A stretch of 64,000 bases of DNA from Octopus bimaculoides (lineage: Eukaryota), in contig NC_068984.1 in assembly GCF_001194135.2 (NCBI RefSeq), positions 145,999,208 through 146,063,207 of the forward strand. The letters run 5' to 3'. Shown here piece after piece: positions 22,245 to 34,944 of the stretch (positions are counted from its first letter, which is position 1; the number at the start of each line of letters is the position of its first letter). Made by a program: the position numbers and the translations under genes. The notes under the pieces were generated by a model. The model had not been told where the DNA came from. It ran no database searches and saw nothing but the letters and a program-made list of their open reading frames with translations.

Positions 22245-22430
22245 TGAACACAAACTCAGCGCCTCCGCTTGATTTTGCTGAACTGATCAATGATTTCATG
22301 CGATGTTTGTCTTTGAAAGTTGTCTGGATTATAAAAATGCTCTTTTATTCATATCTGGAAGTTTTACTTATTGAAATTTGTAATAAATCCTAAATATATT
22401 TAACTTTTGTACTTTCAAAGATGTTCTTTA
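22245..22430 (-). mobile_element. Possible hAT transposase C-terminal remnant
   Basis: DLLQISI... and HEIIDQFSKIKRRR*, resembling the hAT dimerisation-domain end. Confidence 0.25.
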
Positions 22431-22539
22431 GGATAACGTGAAATATTGGAGTTTAGACAGAATAAAGTAAAATATAGCTATGAATAAAAGGTGCATAGAT
22501 TACGAATTTTGATTGAAGGGATGCGGCCTTGAAAGAAAA

Positions 22540-22685
22540 AGCGATGGAGCTGCTTGAGTAAAGGGGAGCAAAACGAAACAAAGTGTTTTGCTCAAGGTCA
22601 CAACACACCATTCAATTTGGGAATTGAAACCACAGCTTTGCCATTATGAACGCAACACCCTAACTGCCAGGCCACATGCTTTCAC
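22540..22685 (-). mobile_element. SINE family C, 5' part
   Basis: ggagcaaaacgaaacaaagtgttttgctcaaggtcacaac...gaattgaaaccac...ccctaactgccaggccac. Confidence 0.6.
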
Positions 22686-23129
22686 GTATTGGGGTCAATT
22701 TAATTGACTAACCACCTCCTTCAAAGATATCTAGCTTTGTGCTTCTCTTACAATTATTTGACAAGTAGCATATCTAATATGACTGTGCCAACTTACACGT
22801 CTGACATTACTGAATTGCATTCTAAATATTTTTCTGTTGTACCCCACCATCAAACACACACCTGCATTCACACACACACACGTGCACATACACATGCATG
22901 CATACACACACATATACACATGTATATATAGACATGCGCACATGCATAAATACACACATGCATAAACAGACACGTGCACACACGTATACCCATTTTCTGT
23001 TGTTGTTTAGTCCAAAGTCCTCAACCCCGATTCAGTAGGTCTATGACCAAAGGCATTCTATCCATGACCATCTCTCATTTTGGGATTTGAACAAAGCTGA
23101 CAGAATCGTTATGGCACCCGACAAAACGA

Positions 23130-23255
23130 GTGGCTACTGAGGTCAACTTTGCCTTTTGTCCTTTTAGGGTCAATAAAATAAGTACCAGTTGCATACTGAG
23201 GATCAATGTAATCAATTAACTCCCTTGCTGGCCCAGGGTGAAAATTAGAGCGTAT
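23130..23255 (+). mobile_element. CORE-type SINE fragment
   Basis: gaggtcaactttgccttttgtccttttagggtcaataaaataagtaccagttg. Confidence 0.65.
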
Positions 23256-23581
23256 TATTTTAGTGAGATTTAACTGTTGTTTCTAGCAAGTCGAATGACC
23301 ACATCGAGGCTCACCTATTGGTTCCCATTGATGGTTGCGAGGATGGTTCGTCTGGTTTGTATTGTTGATGTGGGAGCAGGGATGAATGCCATCAGGTTTT
23401 ATAAAGGAAGGAAGGAGAAGCAAGAGAGATTCAATGCAGAGACCCTTGAATATCTGAAAGGTAATAAACAAACAAACAAACAAATAGGGGTTAAAGGTCA
23501 AACCATGAGAAAGGAGAAGTAACTGGGGAAGAGACTCTTTGAAGAGGTCAGAAGGGATTCAGGCTGATTGGGAAAGCATAA

Positions 23582-23621
<40 letters not shown>

Positions 23622-23824
23622 CAACTTGGGCACACACACACACACATACATAAATGCACACACTCATTTATCTGCTTATTTATGAATCCAGAAAATTTTT
23701 TATCAATATATACACACACATAGATATGTGTATGTGTATGTGTGTGTATATATGTACATACAGGCATACATAAATACCTATATACACAGTCACACACATA
23801 TACATATTTATATGTGTGTCTGTG

Positions 23825-23860
<36 letters not shown>

Positions 23861-24123
23861 TGCCTTAAAGACAAAATAACCCGTCCCCTCCTCCCGCCTC
23901 AGACAGACAGACAGACAGACATGTGCCTATTTTCTGTGTACTTCATGTGCCACTAGAGACTGATAAGTATAAAACAGCAAACAATGGTAGACTGACAAGA
24001 GGTGCAGTGAGAGATGTAGTAGTGTGTAAGTGGTTGGCTGTGAGATTGAAAACGAGGCTCAATGGTTTTGTTCCTTCCTGTAGGAAGCAAAGCTTTAGAG
24101 TTAAGCTGACCAACGTTTGCATT

Positions 24124-24181
<58 letters not shown>

Positions 24182-24639
24182 AGATGTTTTCTATATATAT
24201 ATATACACACACATACAAACATGCAAACATGCCTACTTCTATGTCAGCATGTAATTTCATCAATGTGGCAGCAGCTATTGCCCTCTCCCAAATATCCTTC
24301 TATCTTTAAATAAATATAAGGATGTGTGCTGAGTATGCTAAATTTTTATAAAATCTTACCACTTTTGGTTAGTCCTTGTTAAGCTGATGTGGTTAATAAT
24401 ATGTAGTGTTCTCACTTAGCCATCTTATGAGTGAAGCTCTTCTTTACTGAAAGAGGAAAATGAGAGAGAAAAAAGAGAAAAATATTGTAAAATAAGGATT
24501 TATTAGCTGTAAATAGTGAGTATAGACCGTTGTTTCTATGTAGCCACTGTGTTTACTGTTTAACAAAATCAAACTAGAAAACTGGATAAAACAGAGAACA
24601 CAATTGAAAAAGTTAAAAAGAAAAAAAACCCAAAACAAT

Positions 24640-24986
24640 TCACCACCTTGGGTCGAAAAGTTGGGGGTGCTGGGAAACCTCTCTAATGGCTATTGAGACA
24701 TGCCAGCACGCTTGCAGCGTTGCCATGAGTGATGCGCTGGAACAGTCAAGCGTCCTCACGAGCCTCACCAGTTACCACCTCTGCAAGGTGAGTTGCCAGT
24801 GAAGACAGGAATCTCGCAGTTAGTGGTCTGACCCCACCAAACGTCTTGAAAACCAATGATAATGATAGGGGCTGCAATAAGGGTGGAGCACTTGCAGAAA
24901 ACAGCACTGCTTGGAACCACTCGAATACTCCGGAAGGTGCTCGAAAAATAAGGGGTGTTACCTTAGTTAGAAGCTGTGCAAAGGCA

Positions 24987-24990
<4 letters not shown>
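24640..24990 (+). mobile_element. R4/Dong-type element 3' end joined to a GC-rich putative 5' segment (bipartite, non-autonomous)
   Basis: GAAIRVEHLQKTALLGTTRILRKVLEK* (R4/Dong C-terminus) and a short 3' UTR ending at (TAA)n. About 230 bp of structured non-coding sequence precede it. Confidence 0.6.

Positions 24991-25022
<32 letters not shown>
24990..25022 (+). repeat. (TAA)n between two R4/Dong-type fragments
   Basis: g(taa)n directly at the junction. Confidence 0.9.
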
Positions 25023-25023
<1 letters not shown>

Positions 25024-25375
25024 AGCTACAATATTCTTAACTGGACTCAAAATGAACTAATCAAAATAGACAGGAACACAAAAAAAATAATGACAGAATT
25101 TAGGATGCACCACCCAAAATCTGACAGAAAGGATATATATACAATGTATCAAATGTGGTAGAGGTATTATACAGCTAGAAAACTATTATAAAATAACCAC
25201 CGTAGGACTATAGAAATACCTACTTTATAAGGAAGGAAAACTAATACAAAATAGCCACAAAACACGAACAAAACAAAAAAATTGCTTTCTGTCTTTAAGG
25301 AAGCTGAAAATACAAAAAAGAAGTCATAGTATCTAACAACTATGCAGAAAATGAAGAATGGCACCCAATCTACAT
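25023..25375 (+). mobile_element. R4/Dong-type RT C-terminal fragment
   Basis: SYNILNWTQNELIKIDRNT...MTEFRMHHPKSD...CGRGIIQLENYYKITTVGL. Confidence 0.75.
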
Positions 25376-25666
25376 TGTAACAAGCTATGCCAAAGCTGAC
25401 TTTGGATGTTGATGCAGCCCTGCAATTCACTGGATCCTGTCAAACTGTTGCCAGCATGGAAAACCATCGTTAAATGATAAGGAGGATGAAGATGACATTG
25501 ATACCACCACAAATGCCAGCGATGATAAATCTGTATTTATTATTTACGATACTGTTTATTCTATATGGATGTGAGAAAAGCACTTGAACTGTGTCTCTAT
25601 CAATGACCGCACCGTCCCATACTGGTTTCAAGTTAGTTTGGTGCTTTTCTCAGAATTATACACACA

Positions 25667-25713
<47 letters not shown>

Positions 25714-25719
25714 CTCTCA

Positions 25720-26185
25720 CAAAGCCAAGTGAGATTGTAGTTGTGACCAATGCCAGTGTCGCATAACATGGCCTGTTGAAAGCACCCTTCAATCGTTGGG
25801 CGATATGCTGTGTTTGTGAAGACCTCTCGAACTGAGGGAAATCGTAGTCATGGCCAATGTCAGTGCCATCTGACTGGCACCTGTGCCAGTGGCACATAAA
25901 AGAAACAATTCAAGCATTGGGCCTCATGAACACAGTGACAAGTGACCAATACTTTTGGTGATATACCATGCTTGTGTAGACTTGTGAAGCCAAGTGAGAC
26001 TATAATCATGGCCGATGCCACTACACCCACTATACTCTCGGAGTGGTTGGCATTAGGAAGGGCATCCAGCTGTAGAAACCTTGCCAAACAAGATCGGAAC
26101 CTGATACAAACCCCCCCACCACCACAAGCTTACCAGTTTTCTGTCAAACTGTCCAACCTATACCAGCATGGAAAGCGGATGTTAA

Positions 26186-26215
<30 letters not shown>
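25720..26215 (+). mobile_element. RTE 3' end with (GAT)n tail
   Basis: aagccaagtgagattgtag...ggaagggcatccagctg...ggatgttaaat(gat)n. Confidence 0.8.
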
Positions 26216-26216
<1 letters not shown>

Positions 26217-26383
26217 CTGCTTGGTGTGGAGAAGCATGGCTTAGTGATTCAGGAACTCATGATCAAAAAGATGTAGGTTTGATTCTCAGAGCATCAATCA
26301 TGGCATATCTTTGAGGAATCTATTTCATTTAATGTTGTTCAAGTTTACTCTGCTGGATATTGGCCCAAATCCAATGACACTAC

Positions 26384-26487
<104 letters not shown>

Positions 26488-26898
26488 CTTCAGATGTCAC
26501 ATCCTTGATATTCTACTGGATCAAGGGTGGAACAGATGACAAACTGTGGCAATGACACATTTAAACACAGCTGTTTATCTTCTATTTATTTATATCTTTA
26601 TTCTTTGGCTGCAAAGCTACATTAGTGATTCAAGGGTCAAGAGTGCATTGTGCTGACCAAATGCACAAAACCCTCAGCGCTCCAGGCATTTCTGTAGTTT
26701 TACATCGAAACAACAATGAAATTAATTATGCTCTGCTTTTGTATATTGAGTTCTATTTCTCCTGTTTGTACAACCAAACACACACATATGTATATACATA
26801 CATACATGCATGCATGCATACATACATACATGCATACATACATATGTGTGTGTATATATGTATATATATTATATGTGTGTGTATACATAAATATATAT

Positions 26899-27812
26899 AT
26901 TTATATAAAGGGCATTATTACAGAAAAATAATAACGCCACACAGTGGACTTCTCAAAATAACCACATTTAGTGCCTAATGCGAGGAAAAAACAACCAACA
27001 GAAGATGACCAACTTTCTTTTAAATAAACTTAACTTAACGGCCGATTTCGCGATTACTAGAATGAATCTAGATTTTATTCATCAGCACAGTATTGTACCA
27101 AAAATATATATAAATAAACAGAATTCTCACCTCACCAAAAATGAACACACTACGTATGCGACAGAGTAAAGGGAATGAAGTTTATCTGTATATATCTTCA
27201 TCAAAGAAGCGGGAAATACTTCCGGGTTGTTTTTTTGGGGTACCCATGTGGAGACAGGAATAAAAAATTCAACATTGAATGTATTCCGTGTATATATTTG
27301 ATAAATAAATTCAAAAAAGGATAAAACTCTTTTACAAGAATTTTATCAAGAAGCCAGTGTGTAAAAAAATTCATAAGGGAAATTTCTATTCCCAAGAATA
27401 TAATTATTCGTTTATATTTATATAAAGGGCATTATTACAGAANNNNNNNNNNNNNNNNNNNNNNNNNNNNNNNNNNNNNNNNNNNNNNNNNNNNNNNNNN
27501 NNNNNNNNNNNNNNNNNNNNNNNNNNNNNNNNNNNNNNNNNNNNNNNNNNNNNNNNNNNNNNNNNNNNNNNNNNNNNNNNNNNNNNNNNNNNNNNNNNNN
27601 NNNNNNNNNNNNNNNNNAGGTACTAAATGTGGTTATTTTGAGAAGTCCACTGTGTGGCGTTATTATTTTTCTGTAATAATGCCCTTTATATAAATATAAA
27701 CGAATAATTATATTCTTGGGAATAGAAATTTCCCTTATGAATTTTTTTACACACTGGCTTCTTGATAAAATTCTTGTAAAAGAGTTTTATCCTTTTTTGA
27801 ATTTATTTATCA
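26899..27812. mobile_element. Penelope-like tandem (~517-bp unit) plus inverted repeat across a gap
   Basis: atttatataaagggcattattacagaa at 26899 and 27416. 27618-27812 is the reverse complement of the unit junction. Minus-strand ...ILVKEFYPFLNL resembles a GIY-YIG C-terminus (FI..F.P.LN). Confidence 0.55.
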
Positions 27813-27832
27813 TAAATATATATATATATAGA

Positions 27833-28248
27833 TACATACATATAAGAGGGATGACCACTAAGTGGACATCCATTATGCTAGAAGTAGACCACCTATGGTC
27901 TGACCACTAAGAAGAGATTGTTCTCAAGAAAATTCAGCAAACACCAGAACATAAGCAAGCAAGACAAACGAAAAGATACAAAGTATAAAGATTAATCACA
28001 GACCGGTTTCGTTGTTACCACTTATGTAATTACTTACATAATTGTCCGCAATTCTTCAATGTGATCGACGAAACCGGTCTATGATTAATCTTTATATTTT
28101 GTATCTCTTCATTTGTCTTGCTCGCTTATATTCTGGCATTTGCTGAATTTTCTTGAGAACAATCTCTTCTTAGTGGTCAGACCATAGGTGGTCTACTTGT
28201 AGCATAATGGATGTCCACTTAGTGGTCATCCCTCTTATATGTATGTAA
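27833..28248. mobile_element. Fold-back element (~180-bp inverted arms), Penelope pLTR-like
   Basis: tacatacatataagagggatgacc...gaccggtttcgt / acgaaaccggtc...ggtcatccctcttatatgtatgta. Spacer ~55 bp, which forms part of a hammerhead-like motif. Confidence 0.85.
27995..28065 (-). ncRNA. Hammerhead-like fold (degenerate, long stem II)
   Basis: AUCACA-UUGAAGA-[42 nt incl. uuauguaa..uuacauaa hairpin]-GAAAC-CG-GUC^UGUGAU. Stem I is 6 bp perfect; C3 is replaced by U. Confidence 0.6.
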
Positions 28249-28356
28249 TATAATTTTTCTGAATCTTCAGATTTTTCAGTATGTTAGGCCACTGGTTTTA
28301 AATTGATATTAATCAAATTAATACTCAATTTTTCACCTTTGTTATTTAAATTATTT

Positions 28357-28403
<47 letters not shown>

Positions 28404-28409
28404 GTACTA

Positions 28410-28726
28410 ATACTGGCACTCCATCGTTTACGATGACAAGGATTCCAGTTGATCTGATCAACGGAACAGCTTGTTCATGCAATTAATGTGCGAGTGGCTG
28501 AGCACTCCACAGACACACGTACCCCTTCACATACTTCTCAAGGAAATTCTACATGAGTGTGACCAGGCTGGCCCCTTTGAATTACAGGTACTACTCATTT
28601 TTTGCCAGCTGAATGAACTGGAGCAACATGAAATAAAGTGCCTTGCTCAAGGACACAATGCACCACCGGAAATCGAACTCTTGACCCTGCGATCATGAGC
28701 CGAATACCCTAACCACTAAGCCATGC
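28410..28726 (-). mobile_element. tRNA-derived SINE family C, near full length
   Basis: Minus: gcatggcttagtggttagggtattcggctcatgatcgcagggtcaagagttcgatttcc (box A/B), gtgtccttgagcaaggcac body, tail ...gatcagatcaactggaatccc...ggagtgccagt. Confidence 0.85.
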
Positions 28727-28730
28727 AATA

Positions 28731-29079
28731 ATTCTAGGACAGAATTTATAAACATTTAATTCATTGCAACACATGTTTCCACATGTCACATGATTTTGAT
28801 ATCAGAGTCGGTATCCTTGGGATGAGTACAGTACAGTCCGTATATGAAGGATGATAAACATCATCCAGTATGAAGGGATAAACATCCCTCTGCAATCCGT
28901 CCGATAATGCAGGATCGCTTGAGGAAATGAATCCAATGATGATGATCAACCGGATGGCCATGGATAATATGGACTAATCTGTACACATCCCAAGGATATT
29001 GACTCTGATGTCAAAATCATGTGATTTGTGGAAACACATGTAGCGATGTATTGAATATTTATAAATTCCATCCTAGAAT
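28731..29079. mobile_element. MITE with ~100-bp TIRs and TA target duplication
   Basis: TA|attctaggacagaatttataaac...ccttgggatgagtacag versus ctgtacacatcccaagg...ataaattccatcctagaat|TA. Confidence 0.85.
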
Positions 29080-29267
29080 TATTGTTATTATTATATTTAT
29101 CCTTCATTATATTGGTATAACCATGATGCAACCCGGAAATGATACTCGTTAGTATCATTAGACACTTGCTGGCATAATGGAATAAGAGCTTCATTTGCAT
29201 ACCCTTCATGTTACCATAAACAAATTTAAAAGATTAAAAGAAGATATATATATATATATATATATAT

Positions 29268-29945
29268 CATCATCATCATCATCATTATCATCATCGTTGT
29301 TTAATGTCCGCTTTCCATGCTGGCATGGCTCGGATGGTTTGACTGAGGACTGATGAGCCAGAGGCTACACCAGGCGCAATCTGATCTGGCAAAGTTTCTA
29401 CAACTGGTTGTCCTTCCTAACACCAACCACTCTGAGGGTGTAGTGGGTGCTTTTACGTGCTACCGGCACAAGGGCCAGTCAAGCGGTTCTGGCAACGACC
29501 ATGTTCAAAAGGTGTTTTTATGTGCTACCCACACAGGAGCCAGTCCAGCGGCACTGGCAACGACCACGCTCAAATGTTGTTTTTCACGTGCCACCAGCAC
29601 ATGTGCCGGTAAGGCAACGATGCCAACAAGCACACTCGAATGGTGATTTTCCTGTGTCACTGGCCGGGAGCCAATCTGTGACCCTGGCAACGATCATGCT
29701 CGGATGGTGCTTTTAACGTTCCACTGGTACAAGTGCCAATCAGGTGGTATTGTCATTGGCCACGTCAGCAATTTTGATTTTGATTTTGATTTTGATTTCA
29801 CTTGCCTCAATAGGTCTTCTCAAGCCAAGTTTATTGTCCAATGAATAAGGGGTATTCATAAATGGGCTGGTTACACCCTGAGGCATAGGCCATGGGCTAT
29901 GGTCTCACTTGGCTTGTCGGGTCTTCTCAAGCACAGCATATCTCA
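29268..29945 (-). mobile_element. RTE 3'-UTR-derived element with internal short repeats
   Basis: (cat)n...tttccatgctggcatgg...; repeated ggcactggcaacga..atgctc units and (ttttga)n. Confidence 0.8.
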
Positions 29946-29951
29946 AAAGGT

Positions 29952-29991
<40 letters not shown>

Positions 29992-30926
29992 CAAAATTAT
30001 TTTATTCCACACAAGTAGAAATATAGGAAAAATAGAAGTTGAAAATGCATTGAGAATAGTTAAAATATTTTTTTTTTAAATATTTAAAGCTTTAACCAGT
30101 TCCACAGTTTACACAGATTTTCAAAAAGTTCCAATAGAAACACATGACTTATGTTGCAGCTGTTTTACTTCCAAATAGTGTTTGAAGTTTACCCTGTTTT
30201 TATAGGGAGTTCATGGCTCAAATTAGTATATGTTTTGAATAGGATTTGATTGGTAGAGAATAGTCACATGACTGGTCTTAGACATTTTTGTAGGTTCCTC
30301 ACTTTGTTTATGTGTTAGTATTAAGTGACAATGTTTGGTGTTGCAAGTTAATGGCTGACACAGTTGACTGAACAAGTCCAAACAATCAATGCTCTGAATG
30401 TTTTCTGTCAAGTGTTTGTAGAGAATGAACACGTGATTAACTTTATAACCTTTTGTATGTTTCCCACTACGTCTGTTCACTAGTGTCACATGACTATATA
30501 TTTTGCACCTAAAAATAATTTTATGGTAAAAATTTGTCCTGATTTGAATTTGTATGTTGTGTTTTCAGTAAGGTTGATGCAAGCTTCAAACATTTGTCAG
30601 GAGCAAGACAGCTGCAACACAAGCCACATCTTTCTATTTGAACTTTTTGAAAATCAGTGTAAACTGATATGATATGAGGACCTGTCTTCATTCCTTACCA
30701 CCAGTATTGGGGGCCCTGAGGGAGGTCATGGACAATCCCTTTGTTCCTGGGTAAAGGAAAAAGAAAAACCCAATTCCATCACCTGTCTAATAAAGGTGAT
30801 TATTGTTCTCTATACAGACAAGGAATATGGTACTTATTTTTCTATTGTGGCAGCTGAGAGAGTGGAAAACCGAAAGGCATAAGCATGGCCATGCAATTAA
30901 GAAGATTGCAAAAAATGGCTGTTAGC

Positions 30927-30968
<42 letters not shown>

Positions 30969-31227
30969 CAGCGACCTCTAAAACATCATTGTTATATTTT
31001 CTCTAATTTATCCTCCAAGGCATTTATTTAGTTTGGGGCCATAATGTTTTTTGATAACTCACCACTCTAATTTAGTCTCCAGTCATACAGACATTCAATC
31101 TGTCACGGTACTCTATAAATGTCCTCTTTAATTTAGTTCAATACCATTGTACTTTTATTACCAGTTCTCTAATTAATATTGTAATACATTTTTTTTTTAG
31201 ACTGGTGCCCACCTGATGCCTTAATTT

Positions 31228-31575
31228 AGTTGTGAAATCATCATCATCATCATCACCATTAACGTCCATTTTCCATGCCAGCACAGGTTGGATGGTTTTG
31301 GTAGAAGCCAGTGTACCAAAGGACTGTGCCATGCTTCAATGTCTACTTTGGCATGGTTTTCACAGTAGGCTGCCTTTCCTAATGCCAACCACTTCTCAGA
31401 GTGCATTTGGTAGTTTTTATGTGGCACCAGCAAGATCACCAAGTAAGTCACAAGACAAGACCCCTCATTTTAGTCTGGGATAAGTTCTATTGCCGAAGGT
31501 GGGTTTATGCCAGGCAATGATAAAGGAACAGAAACAGGTGTCTTGTTATAGAGGAGATACATGACTACCTCAATA
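31228..31575 (-). mobile_element. RTE 3'-UTR-derived element
   Basis: (cat)n..ttaacgtccattttccatgcc...tgcctttcctaatgccaacc. Confidence 0.75.
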
Positions 31576-31642
31576 TCATCATATATAAATACATAAAATA
31601 TATAAATATCTACATTTATCTGTTCTATCTGTGTGTTTGTGT

Positions 31643-31855
31643 ATTCTTTTTATTTGTTTCAGTCAATTGACTGCGGTCATGCTGGAGCATTGCCTTTAGT
31701 CGAAGAAATCGACCCTAAGACTTATTCTTTGTAAGCCTTGTACTTATTCTATTGGTCTCTTTGCCGAACCTCTAAGTTATGGGGACGTAAACACACCAGC
31801 ATCAGTTGTCAAGCAATGGCGAGGGGACAAACACAGACACACAAACATATACACT

Positions 31856-31935
<80 letters not shown>

Positions 31936-32095
31936 CGACAGGCTTCTTTCAGCTTCCGTCTACTAAATCCACTCACAAGGCTTTGGTCGGCCCGAAGCTA
32001 CAGTAGAAGACACTTGCCGAGGGTGCCATGCAGTGGGACTGAACCCGGAACCATGTGATTGGTAAGCAAACTACTTACCACACAGCCATGCCTGC

Positions 32096-32096
<1 letters not shown>
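31643..32096 (-). mobile_element. SINE family A, full length
   Basis: Reverse complement of the whole family A sequence, with an expanded internal (CA)/(GT) run. Confidence 0.9.
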
Positions 32097-32141
<45 letters not shown>

Positions 32142-32531
32142 ATTATAGCTGTAAAATCCATCACTGTACTCTATCAATCCCCTCTAATTTAGTCCAACAT
32201 CACTAAGATATTTATTTAGCTTGGTACCAACTGCCCACCCTAATCTACTTGTGTAATAGAGATTGTTAAATCCATTTCTGTACTCAATTCTCTCTCTAAT
32301 TTAGTCTATACATCTTGGCTGACCTCTGAAAGCATTGCTGTGCTGTTATCATTTTTATATCACACACACACACACACACACAGAGGTCACTGAACCTTTC
32401 ATTTTGTTCTGATTTAGTCAAATAATACAAATTACTAAATGATAGAAATATTGCCTGTGAAACTTCTCATCCAGCTCTCTTCTTCTCTGCACTGACCTCA
32501 ACATTCTAGAAGGTTCTGAGAGAAAAAAAAC

Positions 32532-32571
<40 letters not shown>

Positions 32572-32893
32572 AAGAGACCAAACCATTGATCAGAACATTG
32601 TGGTCTTTGAGGATCCTAAACTCTACACATTCGGCCCTCTCACTCCATCGTCCTCTTCTACATTTGATTTGATCTTTCCAGAAGAATTCTGCAGTTTGAC
32701 TCTAACCTACCTCTCAACCAATATTTCATAGTAAACAGCCCAGTGTCTATAAAGTGAACAGGGATGGCTCTTTTGGTGGATAACAAATGCTGTTGTTTTG
32801 TGAGTGTGCACATGTGTGTGTATCTGTAGCTATTCATGTGTTTGTGTGTGTGTGTGTATCTGTTCATATATGAATATATGTCTGTATCTGTTC

Positions 32894-32958
<65 letters not shown>

Positions 32959-33360
32959 TGCTCGGGTATTTGTGTCTTTGTGTAGATGATATCAGCTCTT
33001 TCATCCCATTACAATCTACTTCTGTTATTGACTAATATTACAGAAAATACATATTGTTATGCTTATTTGGTAGGACTGGCATATTTTTGTAGTTATCTTT
33101 CTGTCTATATAACCTTATGCAATATAATTTACATATTAAAACTGTTTTGTCTACATATGTGTATGTGTGTGTATATATATATATATACACTTAAAAATAA
33201 TATATAAAACTCCACTTCACTCCCATTCACAATTTTATCTTTTTTTTTCTGGTCTCCCCCCCCCGTATCTTTCTATCTCTTCTGATGAATTCACGTTTAT
33301 AAAGCTTCTCTATCCTCCCTACCTTCCCCCTTCCACTCCCTCACTATGAGATATGTCATC

Positions 33361-33431
33361 TCAGCCAATGGCCAACCAACTGCCATAGCAACTTGCAGTA
33401 CTGATTGACAGTCAGAAGTGAAGCTCCGCCC
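33361..33431 (+). promoter_or_regulatory. Promoter-like motif cluster
   Basis: AGCCAAT (CCAAT box 33365-69), CCATAGCAAC (RFX half X-box 33383-92), TGATTGACAG (PBX/PREP decamer 33402-11) and CTCCGCCC (GC box 33424-31), followed by donor GTGAGT at 33443. Confidence 0.45.
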
Positions 33432-33602
33432 ACTCCTGCAGTGTGAGTAATAGTTTTCTGTGTGTCTGCCTGATACTAGCCTTGGCTTTAAAACCATGTG
33501 AATGGGGGAAAAAAAAGCGAGAACTTATTTCTTCTCCCACCACCGTCTCTCTCTCTCTGCCTGACATATTCACAATTAGTGCTAGAGCTGCGTACAGACT
33601 CC

Positions 33603-33649
33603 ATGTCGGAAGTTCAAGCTAAAACTGTCCCTGCAGTTTTAACTACCAG
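33603..33649 (+). CDS. Candidate first coding exon MSEVQAKTVPAVLTT(S), unidentified gene
   Basis: Acceptor at 33578-79 after a CT tract, ATG at 33603, donor AG|GTAGAG. Phase 2 end is compatible with the exon at 36903. Confidence 0.35.
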
Positions 33650-34902
33650 GTAGAGTATAAAGTATAAATTTGGCTCCTAGCCTCCACCCTTATCTTACAC
33701 AATTAAATTCTCTGCTCGAGGATGAGTTTTTCTTCCAACTATGTTATTTTAATAGAGATGGAAAGAAGAAAACAAACCCCCCCCTCCCTAAAAACATCTC
33801 CATCGCTAAATTATTTTTACTTTAGAAGTTCAAATAAATTGTTTTAGTTTTCTTTNNNNNNNNNNNNNNNNNNNNNNNNNNNNNNNNNNNNNNNNNNNNN
33901 NNNNNNNNNNNNNNNNNNNNNNNNNNNNNNNNNNNNNNNNNNNNNNNNNNNNNNNNNNNNNNNNNNNNNNNNNNNNNNNNNNNNNNNNNNNNNNNNNNNN
34001 NNNNNNNNNNNNNNNNNNNNNNNNNNNNNNNNNNNNNNNNNNNNNNNNNNNNNNNNNNNNNNNNNNNNNNNNNNNAAATGTTTTTAATATTTCTAGTTTA
34101 AACCAAACTTGTCTTACCAGCTGAAGAGCTTATAAAGCCATCTTTATACATTTCTTTTATGTCTTGTCTTTAAATTACATTTAAATAATAAACAATATTG
34201 AAATTATTTTTAAAATGACAAAACCAAAATATTCTGAAATTCCAATTATTCGTGCTAACCATATTTATTCTATTGCAATCAATACTTGTTATTTCCTGTC
34301 ATCAAACTCAGCATTTAAAATTTTCCATATCCATTTCAGTTGTTTTAAATTTTGGAATTTTTCCTCTTCTTTAAACAAACTGATTTTCTTTTTTTTTTTT
34401 TTCCTTTTGGTAAACACGTCTAGAATCTTCTCTTGCAATGTCAGCAATCTTAGTTATAATTCCCAGTTTCAAGCAGAACCAAGGTTTGCATGCAACATGA
34501 GTGCATGTGTTTTTAGCTCATGATCTCATTTAAGTTGACAAAAACCTTTTATTTCAAATTTTTGTGTATACACACTCACACACACACATATATATAGCTG
34601 TATGTAAAAATCTACATAATGGTTCTCATTTGATGTGCCATAGATTTTTTAAAATATAATTTAAGACCCTCAGAAGACTCATGCTTAATAATGGTTGAGT
34701 ATCTTGAAACACATGTTAATTCATAATTTTGTTTTACACAAGAATACATAATAAGGTAAGCAATAGTTTTTCCATACTTTTATTTTATTTTAAACTTTAA
34801 AACAGTTTAAAAAAAAAATATTTCCATGTGGAGTGTGCCACTAGTTTTGTACATGATGTCCAGTCTGTTACAAAGTCTAAAAGGTTGATGACCACTGGTG
34901 TT

Positions 34903-34944
<42 letters not shown>

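Noticed and set aside
27037-27090. Minus-strand CTGATGA...GCGAAATCGGCCGTT, hammerhead-like
   Set aside because: Stem I and the base of stem II do not pair; at best a dead copy.
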